This document shows positions 46,282 through 61,224 of a stretch of 64,000 nt of DNA, one piece after another. The stretch lies in NCBI RefSeq assembly GCF_009914755.1, contig NC_060940.1. One strand, 5' to 3'. Both the position numbers and the translations under genes were made by a program. The notes below the pieces were generated by a model. It was not told the DNA's origin and searched no databases. It was given only the letters and a program-made list of their open reading frames with translations. Every line of letters starts with the position of its first letter. Position 1 is the first letter of the stretch. The stretch comes from the human T2T-CHM13v2.0 reference genome, Homo sapiens.

Positions 46282-49200
46282 TCAGTTTCAAAATAAAAGC
46301 AAATATATTAATTTTTTTTAAATCTAAGTTTTTGACAGTTATGTGAGCAGAGTATGTTCACATCAAGTAATATATAGATGAAAGGACCGTAACATTCTTA
46401 CTTTAATGATTTTTTTCAGACATGTTGTTCATTTTTTAGGTCTTCTTAATGCAGTGTTTAAGTCATACAAAATGCAGGTGTTGGCATCAAAATTAATCAA
46501 TACAAAGTATTGTTTAGATATTATGAAATAAATGAATTCAGATTTTTTTGGTGATTGTGTTATTATTCCTAGACATTTGAATTTCACTTATTAGAATTAT
46601 TTTCTGTTGAGGGAAAAATGGAGATATTTCAGTTTGGGATTAGTGTCTAAAAGGGTAATATATAATAGTTTATAAATACACTTTACAAGGAAAATGAAGT
46701 TGACGTTTAATGATTCCAGGATCTTCCCTTGTTTTACATTCATATTCATGTTACTGATGATAGTGGAGCGGCAGGATATTCCCACTATTGGAGCACATAG
46801 GAGAGATACTTAGTAAAGAGAAGCTGGGATTTTCCTTTACTCTTGAATGTGACCAAAATAGTACCTCAAAGTAAAGCAGCCATATTTAGGCAATTAACTT
46901 TTCCTAACAAGTGAGGCCTTAATGAAGGAAAATGGATATACAGAAACACATGCATAATCTACCTTTACTAAAACAATGCATATACAGGGGATTGAGCTTC
47001 ATTTTAACATTTTAAATACACGTTAGATCCATCTTTCTCACGATTTGCATTCCTTCACATGAGCAGACTGGGAATAAAAAGGAAACCAGTCAAAGGAATA
47101 GGACGTTAGTGTTTAAATTGGAAAAGCTCAGCAAGGAAAGACAAAGTGGGTAGAAACAACATCACTGAAAGAGCTGCAGCCCTTTGCCTGTGCCTACACT
47201 CTGAGGGGACCCTGCGGGAGAAGCTGTTCCTTCCTGAGGTCGTGTGCAAGACCGGTAAGCTGACAGGCAGAGCAACCCTCAGGGATGCTGGCTGGTGAAT
47301 TTAAGGTTTTAAGTCATTGCCAGTATTATTACAGAGTAAGCAGAGAAGTTAATACAGATTTTCATTTTTAAAAACTGTTTGGTATTTTAATACTTTATGG
47401 TATGTCTTGAGTCCAGGTACTTTTAAGGTGAGGAGCAGTCATGTTGACATGGTCACAGAAATAGCACAGGCCAGCTGATTTAGACTTTTGTAAAATCAGT
47501 ATCATCTACCTCCCTCTTCCTGAACTAAAAGGCTTTTTCAAACTCTGTTCACTATGAAGTAGTCAGTGTGTTTTAGGCCTCAATAAAGAGGAATGACATT
47601 TGCCGTTCTTATTTTAAACTTCGGTATTACAACGTTACTGCAGTTGTTAGGGTTTTGAGCTTATAGTCCTATCTTGAAATCTTCTAAGATTTTCCATCCA
47701 TTAAATTTATCATACAGAATAACTTTAGATAATCTCTTTTTCAGTTCTTGAAATGATCACTTACTAGAGAGAAAATAATTTATTCAGAAGTTTGCTGCAC
47801 ACAAGAGAACCCAAGATGGCTCTTTGCTTTGGTTTCAATACATGTATTAATATATTTGCAAACAGTCAGGTGAACTTTGCCTAGCCATGGAACCCAGCCA
47901 AAGAAAGCTGCTTGCCTCACACTATAGAAAATGAATGGCATATATTTAGAGCTGGCCTTTTTTGGGGGTTTCACTTTGAAAGCATTTCCCTGCTTCTCAT
48001 TAACCTGCTAGGCTTACTGTCAGTCCAAGTATCTGGAAATATACAATGGCAATGAACATTTGTCTTGGGCAAAACTGGGTTCTTGAGGCCATAGGTGAGC
48101 TGGTATAATGAATGAATGGAGATTGGTGAGGGAGAAAGAGGAAATTTCTACTTTTCTCTGGAGCAGATAGCCAGACAGAAAGCTGTCATAGTGTCATAAA
48201 CGAGCAGGAAACAAATAGATGCTCAATAGCCAAGACAGAGCTGTGGAATTCTTGCTTTCCCTTTCTATAACTGGAAGTATTAGAAATGAATAAATTTCTC
48301 TAAAATCTTGTCGTTGGCTTTGCTGTTAACATATTTAGGATCTGGAGTGTTTCATGTAATTCTCAAGGACATCAATAAACATTCTGATAGTAGCTTGTTT
48401 TCCTGCTTTCAGGAGTTAGAGTACTTACACTGAGAAAAGAAGTATATACTCTGTGAATATAATTTTCCTTGGTTGTTTTAAATTAATATTTTTAAAAATT
48501 GGGCTTTGGGATTTATAGTAAACACAATTATAGTTTTAAAAGCAAGCTGTAAGCCTCCCGACAACTGCAAATGAAAATGTGGCAGCTCTCATACTTTTTG
48601 TTTGTGAAAATCTCTTGAACCCTTCAAAATGAAAAAGAAGCCTTGTAAGTACCTTAAGGGTGAGGTATTCTCTTTCATAATAACCTTTATGATGTCTCCT
48701 ATTAGTATGTTTTGATTCACAGTGTAAATAAGCACCTGTAACCCTGTCTGCCTTCTATTTTTCTACTCTGAGTGTCTTATTTAGACAGTTTTTGTTGTTA
48801 CTGAGGATTTTGTTTGCTTCAGTGCATTGCAGAGCACACCCATGCAGTGTGTTTGGAGCGAGGGAGGGGGCTGTGTGTGACTTTACCTTCTCCCGTTTGT
48901 AGCTGGCAGTGAGTTTGATCTCCTGCGGGAGTAGCAGCATCAGAATGCTAACATGGGCTTGCTTTAGTTATCAATGAGGGGGTGGATGAAGCTTTGTGCA
49001 TCAGCAAGACCATGGACCCCATTACAGCACCTCTGAAGCTCATTTTGAGTAATTTATTTAGTCTTTAAATTGTGTCCTCTTGTTGAAATACCTTTGAGGC
49101 ATCATAATTAACACATTTATTAACAGTAAGATTTAAAACGTAATAGTAATGAGCAGTTTAAACCGATGATGAGACCACATCATCTTAAACTTGTTTACTT

Positions 49201-51339
49201 GTTTTATGTTTACTTAACATTTTAGACAACTTTTCTATAGTTACTGAAGTCACAGAAGTACATTATTTTCTATATAGATTGAGATAACTTTCATAAAAGT
49301 AGAGCCCACCATGTCATTTATATTACACATTGGACCAGTGAATAAACTAAAACAAATTTATTAAGAAATAGTCTTTGCTTTTCCTCAGAAAGCAATTATG
49401 AAAGATAATATACATAATATAAATGATCAGTTAAATAAGTATGACTCAGCTATAACCTCCTAGCTACTTAGACCTCACAAGACTTTGTGGAATTAAGTAG
49501 TTAGTTCCTCTGCTGGGCTGAGAGACTTAGGAAAATTAAAGTGGGGCTCCGTTTACTTATGTCTGCCACGTAACTCAGTCACAAGGACCTCTTGTAGCTA
49601 AAAAAGAGAAAAGATAGTTTTGGACACCTGTTCTCTACCATACCTATAAAAGAGCCTAATGAATACAGGGAATGTACTGGAAAAAAGTGATCCATGACAA
49701 TTTTTCTTTGTTACTTAGCTTGTATTTTAAGACAGCAATAATAAAGTACTCTTGTGACAGAAAACAGTAAGACTGATATGTTAAAGTAACGTGTTGGAAT
49801 TTTCTCTTTGGCTTGTAATTAATAATTACCTAGACTAATTAGCAAATATCATGTTTTTCTGACTCCTTTACATTAATCCGTACGTTGGCTCTCCTGCCCT
49901 CACCGACTGCCCTCACTATTATTGACAGGAAGTGTAGTCTTTTGGGAGTCAGGACTTCAGTCTCCTCTGCTGACTCAGTCTGTGAGCATGGGTAAGTCTA
50001 AGGTGCTCTCTGTGTCACAGCTTGCCCATTATGACATCCGTACAGCAGCCTCCAGCCCATGTGTCTCCCTGGCGGCCCTTCCTCATTACATCATGTGTTC
50101 TTATATCTCATTGTCGTGTTTGCCGTGTGCTATTCATTGGGCAGCAGGAACAGAAAGAATGGAAGATAACTTCCATCTCAGCTAACCAATGGACTTTTCC
50201 TTAGATACAAATTAGTCGTGTTGCTGTTTAATACAGACCTCACATCTGTATTAGTAAACATACTTGCCAGCTCTCTCAATTAGTCAGACTTTCCTGCCAT
50301 ATTTAAAGAAGAGAGTAATTGACTTGTTTGTTATTCTCAAAAATAATGTGTCTGATTTAGAATATGTAGTTTCTATTGATGGTTTTTAAGGGTTGGCACG
50401 TATGCGTTAAGATTTTTATAATAGCATCAAACTGTCAGCTAAAAGATAATTTTCAGCTCTTTTTAAAGCCAAAATTCATATTTTTATGGTATTTATGTTG
50501 TTGTTTTCATTAAGAAAATGCTAATCGTTGGGTGTCTATTTCACCAGTTAAATTTTTGATATATGGCCTCTGCGTTTAATGAAGACATAACAAGAAAAGC
50601 AAAAAGTCTGATTCACGGCTTGCCTTTGGTTCTTGTAGTCTAAGTTTAAAAACTGACAAGTGTTACAGTTGGTCAGCACTCTGCAGATTTGCGATTCATA
50701 GCTACAAAATAGAAGACCCTCTTTGACAGAAGCCTTGATCCTGACATAGCAGTTAAGAAGAATGTTGCTTGGACTGCTTGATCAAACCACTGCCACGTAT
50801 TATAGGAAGGAAAAGTTCGCTGTATCAGAATACTCCGCTCTCCCAAAGTATTAAAAAATTGATATTTCAAGAATGGAAATGATACTTTTTAAAATTATTG
50901 TTAGCAAACATTTATTGAATGATCATTGTGCCTCTTACTCTAAAATAATTCCTAGATTTTTAAGCCTCTAGTACAATGTTGAAAGTTCATGATGTAGTAT
51001 ATTCTCATAAACTTGTTACACAAAGATCTTTAAAAGACATTTCCCTGACTGTATACAGAAAAATGATTGGAGATGATTCTTGTGGATAACTGAAAAAGAA
51101 GAACCTAGTTTTAAAGAAGGAGGGCTGTAGAGTTAAGCCTGGCAGGAGCGTGCTCTGTTGCACTAAATGTGTGGTGGCAGGCCCCTCAAAGCCGTGGTTG
51201 GAATAATCTTACGTATTCCTTCTAGATTGTTGGGAAGATTGAATGAAATAAAGCATCTAAAGTGACTAGCACACATACGGCACATCTTAGGCTCTCAGTA
51301 CATGTTTTAATTAACCCAGTCTTGCATGCCTGATGTGAG

Positions 51340-51560
51340 AATACCATGATGGAGGCACCAACTTTGGAGCCACCCTAAGCCTAGATCTTAGCCACACCAT
51401 TACTAGCTATGTGAATGTGGACCAATTAGTTACCTTCCCTTTGCCTCAGTGTCCTTATCTGCAAAGTGGGGATCACACTAGTATTTGTTTCATAAGATTG
51501 CTCTGAGGGTTAGATCAAGTAATCTAAATCAAGTATAGAGAATAGTGCAAGCACATAATT
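51340..51560 (+). mobile_element. MIR
   Basis: tactagctatgtga...gcctcagtgtccttatctgcaaagtgggga. Confidence 0.8.
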
Positions 51561-51597
51561 AGCACTTTATTAGTATGTATATTTTGAGAATGCAGTA

Positions 51598-52741
51598 TCG
51601 TTAACCCTTGGACAATGTAGGGGTTGGAGCACTGACCCCCGTGCAGTAAAAAATCCATGTATAACTTTTGGCTGCCTATCTCCTGATAGCCTGCTGTTGA
51701 CTGGCAGTCTTCCTTTAACATAAACAGTTGATTAACACATATCATATATGTTATATGCGTTATGTACTGTATTCTTACAATAAAGTAAGCTGGAGACAAG
51801 AAAATGTTATTAAGAAAAATCATAAGGAGCTGGGTTTAGTGTCTCACCCCTGTAGTGCCAGCTATTCAGGAAGATCTCTTGAGCCTGGAGTTCAAGACCA
51901 GCTTGGACAATATATAGCAAGACCTCATCATAAGAAATAAAATAAAGGAAATTATGAGGAACACATATCTACAGTATTTTACTGTATTTATCAATACTGG
52001 AAGTTTACACAGTCTGTTTATAAAATGAATCATCTGTCTGAAATGGTGGGCAACTGCAGTTGCAGATCTCAATCTATGGTACATATCAAGCAATTCAACT
52101 TTTTCTTCTAATGTCATGACTTTTTTCTGCTTCTTGGGAGCACCTCCAGAATCACTAGTGGCACTTCGTAGGAGTCTCATTATGCAGAGCTTAAGGTACT
52201 GCACTACACATGATGAAAAATATGTGAGAACCTCAAGAGATTACTTTTTACTTCTATGTGCAATTTCCTGGAGAGACAACTGCTCACGCGGAGATGATGA
52301 ACATCACTTGGTGTTTTAAGCAGTACTCGCAGCTCTTGAGCTTCACCACAATAGCAACAGGAGGTGACTACAAAATTGTTACAGTAGTACAATATCCACT
52401 ACAGTTGATTTATGTTGATTTACATTGCTCATCTATAAATGGTGCCACGTATGGTCTGTATGTGTATGTAAGTTTTGGTAAATTTTAACTTTTTATAATA
52501 GATTTGTGTATATTTTATGGTAGTAAATGATAAAAATAGACTAGTTTCCACATATATTTTATACATTCACAACATACCTAACTTTTTCTTAATTCTTTTG
52601 ATATTTCTAGGCTATGTGGTTCATCTGAGCTTTTTCAAATTTTCACACATCTCCAAAAAATTTTGCAACACATTTATTGAAAAGAATCCAAATATATGTG
52701 GACCCATGAAGTTCAAAGTCATGTTGTTCAAGGGTCAACTG
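51598..52741 (-). mobile_element. Tigger2-type (Tigger2a/2b) DNA transposon with a FLAM/Alu monomer inserted at ~51827-51945
   Basis: TIRs gttaacccttggacaa... and ...ttgttcaagggtcaactg; minus ORF 51866..52204 contains PKKQKKVMTLEEKVELLD, a pogo/CENP-B-type HTH transposase N-terminus remnant. Confidence 0.88.
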
Positions 52742-55312
52742 TGTTTTAATTTTTACTAAGTCAGTGTGGCTTTTCAGAATTTTCACCATGATGTTTTATA
52801 ACTTAGCATTTCTTTTGGTCGTCCCAGTAACTTTTGCTCCCATTTTCTACAAGTATTTCTTTTTTAAAAAGGCAAAATGACATTCAGTTTCTTAATGTCT
52901 CACCATGTACCTTCATAACATTTGAAGAGCAGCTTATCTGATGAGTGCTGAGAGGGCAAAGGCAGTGGGCACTGATTTCCCATGAAGTTCATCTCTTGTT
53001 GGTACTGCCAGTTCCCACAATCCTAGCATTCTCTGGGCATCAGTCAGTGTCTACAAAAAAGGATTTTCAAATATTAAAGCATGTGAAAAGACAAACAGGC
53101 CAAAACTCAGAGCTCTCTAGGGACTATGACCTCCAAAACAGACTCCATTCTGACATTTTCACAGGCTACTTGAAGGAATTCCAGCAGGGTTGTTCCATTT
53201 GGTAAACTCCTAAACAAACCCTCTGTCATCGAGGACTGATTTATAGAATTTTCTCCTTATGTGCTTGTTCTGAAGAGATTAAGATAGTAGATATGGTTGC
53301 TGAGACTCTTTTAAAAGTCATTTGATATATATGATAAGTACTATACAGAAGATTTTTGGTATTTTGAAGTAATAAAACAGTTATTTGTAATGTTTAAAGA
53401 GATTTTGTGTTCTGAGTTGTCTTCTAAGTTCTTTTTCTTTTTGATTCCAGGAAATCTATGTCATAATCACATCTCTAAATTAAGTTTTTTTCATTATAAA
53501 CCCAATCATTTAACAAAGAAATTGAATAAATTCAGAAATTATCTTTGTATAAACAAGTATGTTAAAAACATGTTTATGCATATATATAAATATATACATA
53601 TGATATACATATATCATATGTTTTACAATGACCTTTAGAATATGTGAAACAGAAACAGTTCGGTTGTTATAGAATATTCTTCTATGAAATCTTGGTGTAA
53701 TGGCAGCTGTTTAGATGATGCTGTAAGGTCACTAGAGGGGGTGGATCTATAAGTTGTTTTTCAATTAATCTGGATCCTCTTAAAATATTTTATTGTGTAT
53801 TTTTATGCATTTCTTTTTTTAAAAAGAAGAATATAATGCTAAAAATAAAGGAGAAGGGCAGAACCCAAGAGATTTGGAGCCTGGAGAACTTAAGGAAATG
53901 GGTAGTTGGGATTTATTTGGCTTGTAGTTGTCCTTAACTGCTAACAGCCTCATGGTGGTCTCATCTGAAGTCTGTGAGTGGCATGTATGAAATTCCAGGG
54001 TGAACGGCATTCCACATTGGGAGGACCAGGTTTGTTGGGGAATTTTTGTATGGTTTGTTTCCTTCTTCGTGTGTTTCTTTTTAATCCTTTAAATGAATTC
54101 TTTAACTGAATTAACAGAGTTTTAACTGCTAAATAAAAGTCCTATACAATCAAAAATTTCTTAAGATTTGATATCTGATTCTGTTGTAGGAATGTAATAT
54201 ATTTTGGGAATGAGTTTAAAAATGGGACACAGGCAAGTAAATTGATTTATGATGCTTTCAACCAAGCTTCACAAAATTAGTACTAAAAATAAAATTCATG
54301 TTATCATATTCTAATAACCTGTCATAAACCTAGCATATTTTAGGTCTCCTTAGTGGAAAAAAAAGAAAGGAAATGAAAGTGAAATAATAAATTGCTTAAT
54401 TGGTCAAAATTAGTTATTGAGTTCTTGGCTGTACTAGAGAATTGTGTGGCTCTTAATTGATGTTTAAAATATAAATAAAATGTGTATGCTGAAAAAGATA
54501 AATGTGTGTGTTACTGTTTCTCTCAAGCCAAGAATAACAGTGATATTTAACTAGTCATGATCTTAATATGAAAAAGTATTGCTTTTCTAGTATGTTTTCT
54601 AACAACTTTTTTATCTCTGTATATTTGTTAGTCTCCATCTTTTTCAGAAAAATGGAATTTGGTTAAATAACAATTTGCTGAACCAATGAAACCTCTGGTT
54701 GCATACTTTTGTACTTGTTTGTGCATAGAAATCATGTAGCTGTTTGGATTGCTCAGCGCTTTCTGAACCCTCAAGAGAAGGAAAATGATTGCACCTTCAA
54801 AAAGTTGAAGATTTTATTTGAATACCCAAATATTATAATTTGAAGGATTTTCTAGATAATGGAATTTAAACTCATATCAAGTTAGGACTAAAAAAATTTT
54901 AATTTGAAGAAATTCAAGAACTGAGTCTTAAATTATAACTGTCAGGGTCCAGTGGTGTTATTACACTGAAACTATTTAAAATAAATTCTCTCATGAAAAT
55001 ACATATATTTCTTAAATGACCCCAAATGTTTCATGTACTTTTGAGGGTTATATAAATGTCAATTAGGTTCAGTTGATTAATAAAGTTGTTCAAGTCTTCT
55101 ATACCTTTATTGATTTTCTTTTTATTTGTTCTACCAATTAGAGAGTAATGTTGAAAACTCCAACCACCAACATGGATTATTTCTCCTAAAGTCTACTCTG
55201 TTTTATATTAATAGCCCCTCTAAGTATCATGTGCTTACAACTACATGAAATATCTTTTTCTCATGCTTTTACCTTTAACCCATCTGCATCTTTATATTTA
55301 AAGTGAGTTTCT

Positions 55313-55682
<370 letters not shown>

Positions 55683-55789
55683 TCATAGATAGCATAGAGC
55701 CGAATCTTTTTAAAATGTAGTCTGACAATCTCTTACAATTTTAATTGCAATATTTAGATCATTTACATTTAAGGTAATTATTGGTATAT

Positions 55790-56312
55790 GTGGTATAATA
55801 GTTATCTATTGCTTTGTAGTGAATTTCTTTAAACCATAACAGCCAAATGCAGCATGCATTTATTATCTCACAGCTTCTGTGGGTCAGGAATTCAGGCATG
55901 TCTTAGCTGAGTACCTCTGCCTCAGAGTCTCTCAGGAGTCTGTAATCAGAGTGTCAGCCAAGGCCAGAGTTTCATCTGAAGGTTCAACTAGGGAAGGGTT
56001 CATGTCCAAGCTTACTTACTTTGCTTTTAGCAAGATTCAGTTCTTTTAGGACTGTTGGACTCAGAGCCTGAGTTCCTTGCTGACCATTGGCTGGAGGCCA
56101 CCTGGGTCTCTCTGACATGACAGTTTTCTTTATGAAAGCCAGTAAGAGAGAAGTCTTCTGGCAAGACAGAGTGATAATCTCTTGTAGCATTCCTTAAACT
56201 TAACCATATTCGATTGATTAGAAGCAAATTACTCTAAGGGAGAGGATTATACAAGACCATAAATACTAGGAGGCAGGGATCCCTGGGACTACCCTAAAGG
56301 CTGCCCATCACA
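55790..56312 (-). mobile_element. MLT1 (MaLR; MLT1E/F-like) LTR
   Basis: tttattatctcacagcttctgtgggtcaggaattcagg ... ggctgcccatcaca. Confidence 0.85.
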
Positions 56313-56314
56313 AT

Positions 56315-57510
56315 TGAGTTCAAATCTATCATCCATCATCTTGCTCTATGTATATATATTTTTTTGTCTTATGTGTTCTGTCTCACTTCATTCTTCTTGT
56401 CTTACCTTGTTTAATTTTTTCCCATTTTACTTTATTTTTATTTTACAGTGCCTTATTAGATATACCTCTTTTTTTCAAGTATTCCCTGATCTTTTAAAAT
56501 GCATATCTAATATGCTGTTAATCCCACCCAATAAAAGTTTATTATTTTCCTTTTACCTTTAGAAGTTTTATTTTGTTCTTTTTTTACTGTCCATGTTTCT
56601 CCATGTTATATTTATGTTTTAAATACTTGTATATAGTTATAGTAGCTGTTAATAGTTTCATTTATTTTCATCATTCTGGGTCTGTTTTTATTGATGAATT
56701 TTCCTCCTATTTAAGAGTTGCATTTTCCTGCTTCCTGGTGTAAGTAGTATAGTAATTTTTCATTGGATATAATTTTGTGAATGTTGCATTACTGAGTGGA
56801 ATTTGTTTTTGTTGTCTTCAGTTAAAGAAAGTTGGGCTTTGGTTTGGTAGGCAGCTAAGTAACTTTTGGATCACCTTCAAGGCCTTTCTTAAATTTTTTA
56901 GGAAAGATCTAGGGTAGCATTCGTGCCAGGGAGACTCCCCTTAAAGGTATCTCTGCTGCATGCCCTGCTAAGTGCCCCAGGGAGGACATTTCACTCAGGC
57001 TGGTTGCAGTTCGAACGTTTCCCGACCTTGTATGCACTCTGGGAAGTATTTAGCTTATAGTCCCTGGTCATTTCTTGCCCAAACTTGTGAGATTTTACTC
57101 TGTGTACATACAGCTTAGCACTCAGCAAAGACTCCAGGGCACCATTAGGCAGGTTTCTGGAACTCTTTTTCAGCATAGATCCTGTTTTTCACAAATCTTC
57201 CCTGAAACTTCAGCTGCCTTAGCCTGCTTAAGCTCTCCTCTCATCTCTGTCTCCTCAGTTCAGCAAGCCTAACAAGCTCCTGTGTGATTTCTCCCTCCTC
57301 TTACCCACAGTCTAGAAATTGCCTCCAGGCAGAAAGTTAGGGCAATTATGGGCTCATCTCATTTGTTTCCCTCCTCTCAGGGGCCACAGCCCTGCATTAC
57401 CTGTTTGCCAATGTGTGAAAGCAATTGTTTCATGTATTTTGCCCAGTTTTCTAGTTTCTTATGGCAGGAAGTTAAGTCCAATGATTGTTATTCCATCATG
57501 GCTGGAAAAC
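56315..57510 (-). mobile_element. Old L1M fragment
   Basis: Degenerate antisense L1M 5'/ORF1-type motifs (ggctcatctcatttgtttccctcctctcagggg). Confidence 0.65.
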
Positions 57511-60111
57511 GAGGGTCTGGAATTGGGATTTTCACATAGGACCTTTGCTTTTCCTGTGACACATGCTTCCTCTCAGTACATATGGATGAACTTTCTGACT
57601 AGGACTACAGTAGCAATATCAGTTTATTTTTGGACCCACCCAAACGCTCAGACCTTACTGGAAGTACCAAGTTGCTCTGCTTTTTGATCAGTGGATGAAC
57701 GAAATTAAATTGTTGGTTAAAGACCAGGCTAATAGTTATGGTTGGTTCTCATGGCAAGTAGCTTTTCACTTTTGCTGTTGATACAGAATGGTCAGCAAGA
57801 CTGTCATAGAAGATACCGTGCTAGGGCCTCTGGGATTGCTTGGAGATAATGGCATGGTCATTCCATTGGTTCAAGAAGTCATCTCTTTTTTTAAATTTGA
57901 AGCCTCAAGGAGGAAAGGTTTCACTGGTTGGCAGAATCCATTGTTCATTAATAAATAATTAATTGTGTATTATTTTCTCTTATAGAAATATTGAAATTTT
58001 AAAATATTCTCTTTTCCTCAGTATTTGAATTTGATTCAACTTGGCAAAAGATTCAGCCTTTAAAAGAGACAACTAAAGACTGTATTTTCCTTCTCACATG
58101 TATATTAAATGGGAACTTTCTTGTCAGGATAATCTAGGTTATAGTAAGAAAAAAAGCAAGGAATAATAGATCTATCACGGGTGCAGCTAACCATCCTTTT
58201 CACACCCTCCCATCATGCGTTCCTCCCATCAACCACTCCCCACTCCCCCATGCAAAGGAAAAGGTCTTGCAATGAAATATATCAAATTATTTTGGAAATT
58301 TACATGCATATAAACTATTTTCATCTCTTTTCTATAGTTTGCATTTTTCATAATGTGCACATAGTACTTTTATATCAATGAAGGTAGAAATCTTTTTTAA
58401 ACAAATGTCATATAATAGGGAATATCAGAGTGACTTGGTAGCTCATGATTATATTGTGATATTGGGAGGATTCTACTTAGAGCTAATTGTCCAGTCAAAT
58501 CTTCACAACATGTCATAGATTCTCATTCTTTATTGAACACCAGAGCTTTAAAGAAGAATTTAGGTTGATAAAGAGTTTTGAGTGGTAGAATAGAAATAAG
58601 ATAGAATATCACTGAGGTTATCTGATAATACCACTCAAAAGTACACATCAGCATGATCATGGAAACATAATCTGATCAAAATCTCTGTGGTCTGGCTCCC
58701 CAAAGTCTGTACTCCCTACTTTTTAGCCTTGGGCCTAGTGGTTTAAGGTTCCCACCTTGGTTCACAGGGCCACCCCTTACTGCCCACATGAGCTATTGTG
58801 TGCCTGTCTCACAGTTGCTGAGAAGCCAGCATGGGAGTTAGGAGACAGGGAACAGATGGGAATCTCTAGTAGTGGGCTTGGTGAGGGAGGCTTCCATGTC
58901 AAAACTGGCCACAGAGATGGAGAATAACTGATCTACAGCAGATAGATGCAGCTCCAACAAGGAACTATTGAGTTTGGTTCTCAGGTTCATTTGGTCCAAG
59001 TGACCTGCTGATGCTACAGATACTGATACTGATACTACAGATAGAAGCCAAATAAATGAGACATCACTGAATAAAGGAAATGTGGAAAGACTGTGTTTTT
59101 GAAAATTAGAATTGTCAATGTATAATTTGTACTTTAGAATATATCATATTCTATTTTTATCAAATGACTTTTATATATAGTTTCATTTTATTGGCCCAAA
59201 TGTTTGAAAATGTAATTATTTGAATTAATGCATTAATTGGTTTTAATGTGTTATTGCAGAATGTTTTCCAATAGAATTTTTATTTTTAAGCTATATGGTT
59301 TTTATAAGGGATAGTTCCCCCACTTTTGCTTTCTTAAGGACTATAATCATGTAAATTAAATACCTAGCACTTCTATTTTGACTTTCTTAGTTACCATGTG
59401 TCTTCTCACAAAAACAAACCACTTTTTTTCTCATTCCTTTTGGTAATGTAACCAATCAACACATATTTTTATAGATCCACCTACAAACAAGGCACTGTGT
59501 TAGATTTTTCCATGTGTTTCTGCATATTTCCACATTCTTCCTTCTTGCTTACACGGTAGGCCTAGAACCAATTGGTAAATAGCAAGTTAAACTATTAAAT
59601 TCTGCCAGTAGTGAGAGGATGTCTTCCCTGACTAGGCAAAGATATTTTACCTTTGAAGTAGGTTTTAATTGTTTCCATTTTATAAAACCTATAAATTGAG
59701 GGTCAGAGAAATTAAATAATGCAAAACACCCAGCTAGCTAATGAGGTATAAAGTTTTAAAGTATATTGTTGGTTCTAAAGCTACCTGGTTTAGATGGTTA
59801 TAAATAGTGCTATTACAATAGAAAAAATATAACTTTCACATGAAAGGTAGTTAATTAAAGATATGTTTAAGATTATTAAGATGCTTTTATTTTTTATGTA
59901 ATGAATATGGCTATAAAAGGTATAAATATAATCATATGCAAAGCTAAAAAGAGTTAAGATTTTACTTGAGGGAATAGTTTTATTTTAAAAGTCTGTTGAA
60001 GGTTAAGACATTCTATAGTCAACCATCTACCTTGTTGAACTTGCCTAGATTCCCTTTCATTTAAGTTTATTCATATATAATAGGTGCTATATAAAGTTTA
60101 TTCATGTGGAG

Positions 60112-60389
60112 AGCTGGGCACAGAGGCTGACGCCTGTAATCGCAGCCACTTGGGAGTCTCAGCCAGGAGGATCACTTGAGGTTAGGAGTTCAAGATAGCA
60201 AGGGCAACTTAGCAAGACCCTGTCTCATAAAGATTAAAAAAAAAAAAAAAAAAAAACTTAGGTGTTGTGACTTATGCCTGTGGTCCCAGCTACTTAGGAG
60301 GCTGAGGAGGGAGAACTGCTTGAGCCCAGGAATTGGTGAGCCAGGATCACACCACTGCACTGTAGCCTGGGCAACAGTGTGAGACCTCA
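60112..60389 (+). mobile_element. AluJ (degenerate)
   Basis: Dimer with a long middle A-tract and no 3' tail. Confidence 0.88.
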
Positions 60390-60909
60390 CTAGGTGTGTT
60401 CATGTGGATATTCATACAAAGAAAGAAAAACTCATTCTTCAGTGTTCTCAAGTTGTATTCTTCTTTATACTTTTCTCAGAAAATGTTGCCATGCTAGGAA
60501 GAATTACTTTACAACCAAGGACCTTGGTAGTCTAGAACACAGAGCTGTAGTCAATTTTGTGTGTTTTCATTCTAGCTCAGTACTTTTGAAGGTACTCAGC
60601 TAAATGAATGAAGAAATTTTAAAAATTTCTCTAGTAGAAGATGTCCAAATAATTTTTTTACCTTTTAAACAAACATTTTCACATTGGCCAGTAAAATTGA
60701 AAGCCTGAAAATAGATTATTATGGGAATTTATATCATTTTAGAAACTAAAATAAAAATCTCCCTTTACTAGTTCTGTAAGTCAGTTGTATCTTTTCTGTG
60801 GAAAAATGCAAATGGACATTTTCCCCTTAAAGTAGGGCAACAATCTTTATTACATGATCTTTGTAACGCCTGAAGTTAGAGCAATTTATTAACTTTATTT
60901 AAGAATCAT

Positions 60910-61221
<312 letters not shown>

Positions 61222-61224
61222 TTA

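Noticed and set aside
51866-52204. 112-aa ORF with transposase/CENP-B-like HTH start
   Set aside because: Remnant of a non-autonomous Tigger2 element. It diverges after ~55 aa, runs into an Alu monomer, and has no DDE domain.
53726-53744. CTCF-like motif ggtcactagagggggtgg
   Set aside because: Mismatch at a key core position (GGGG instead of GGGC); a single motif hit is insufficient.
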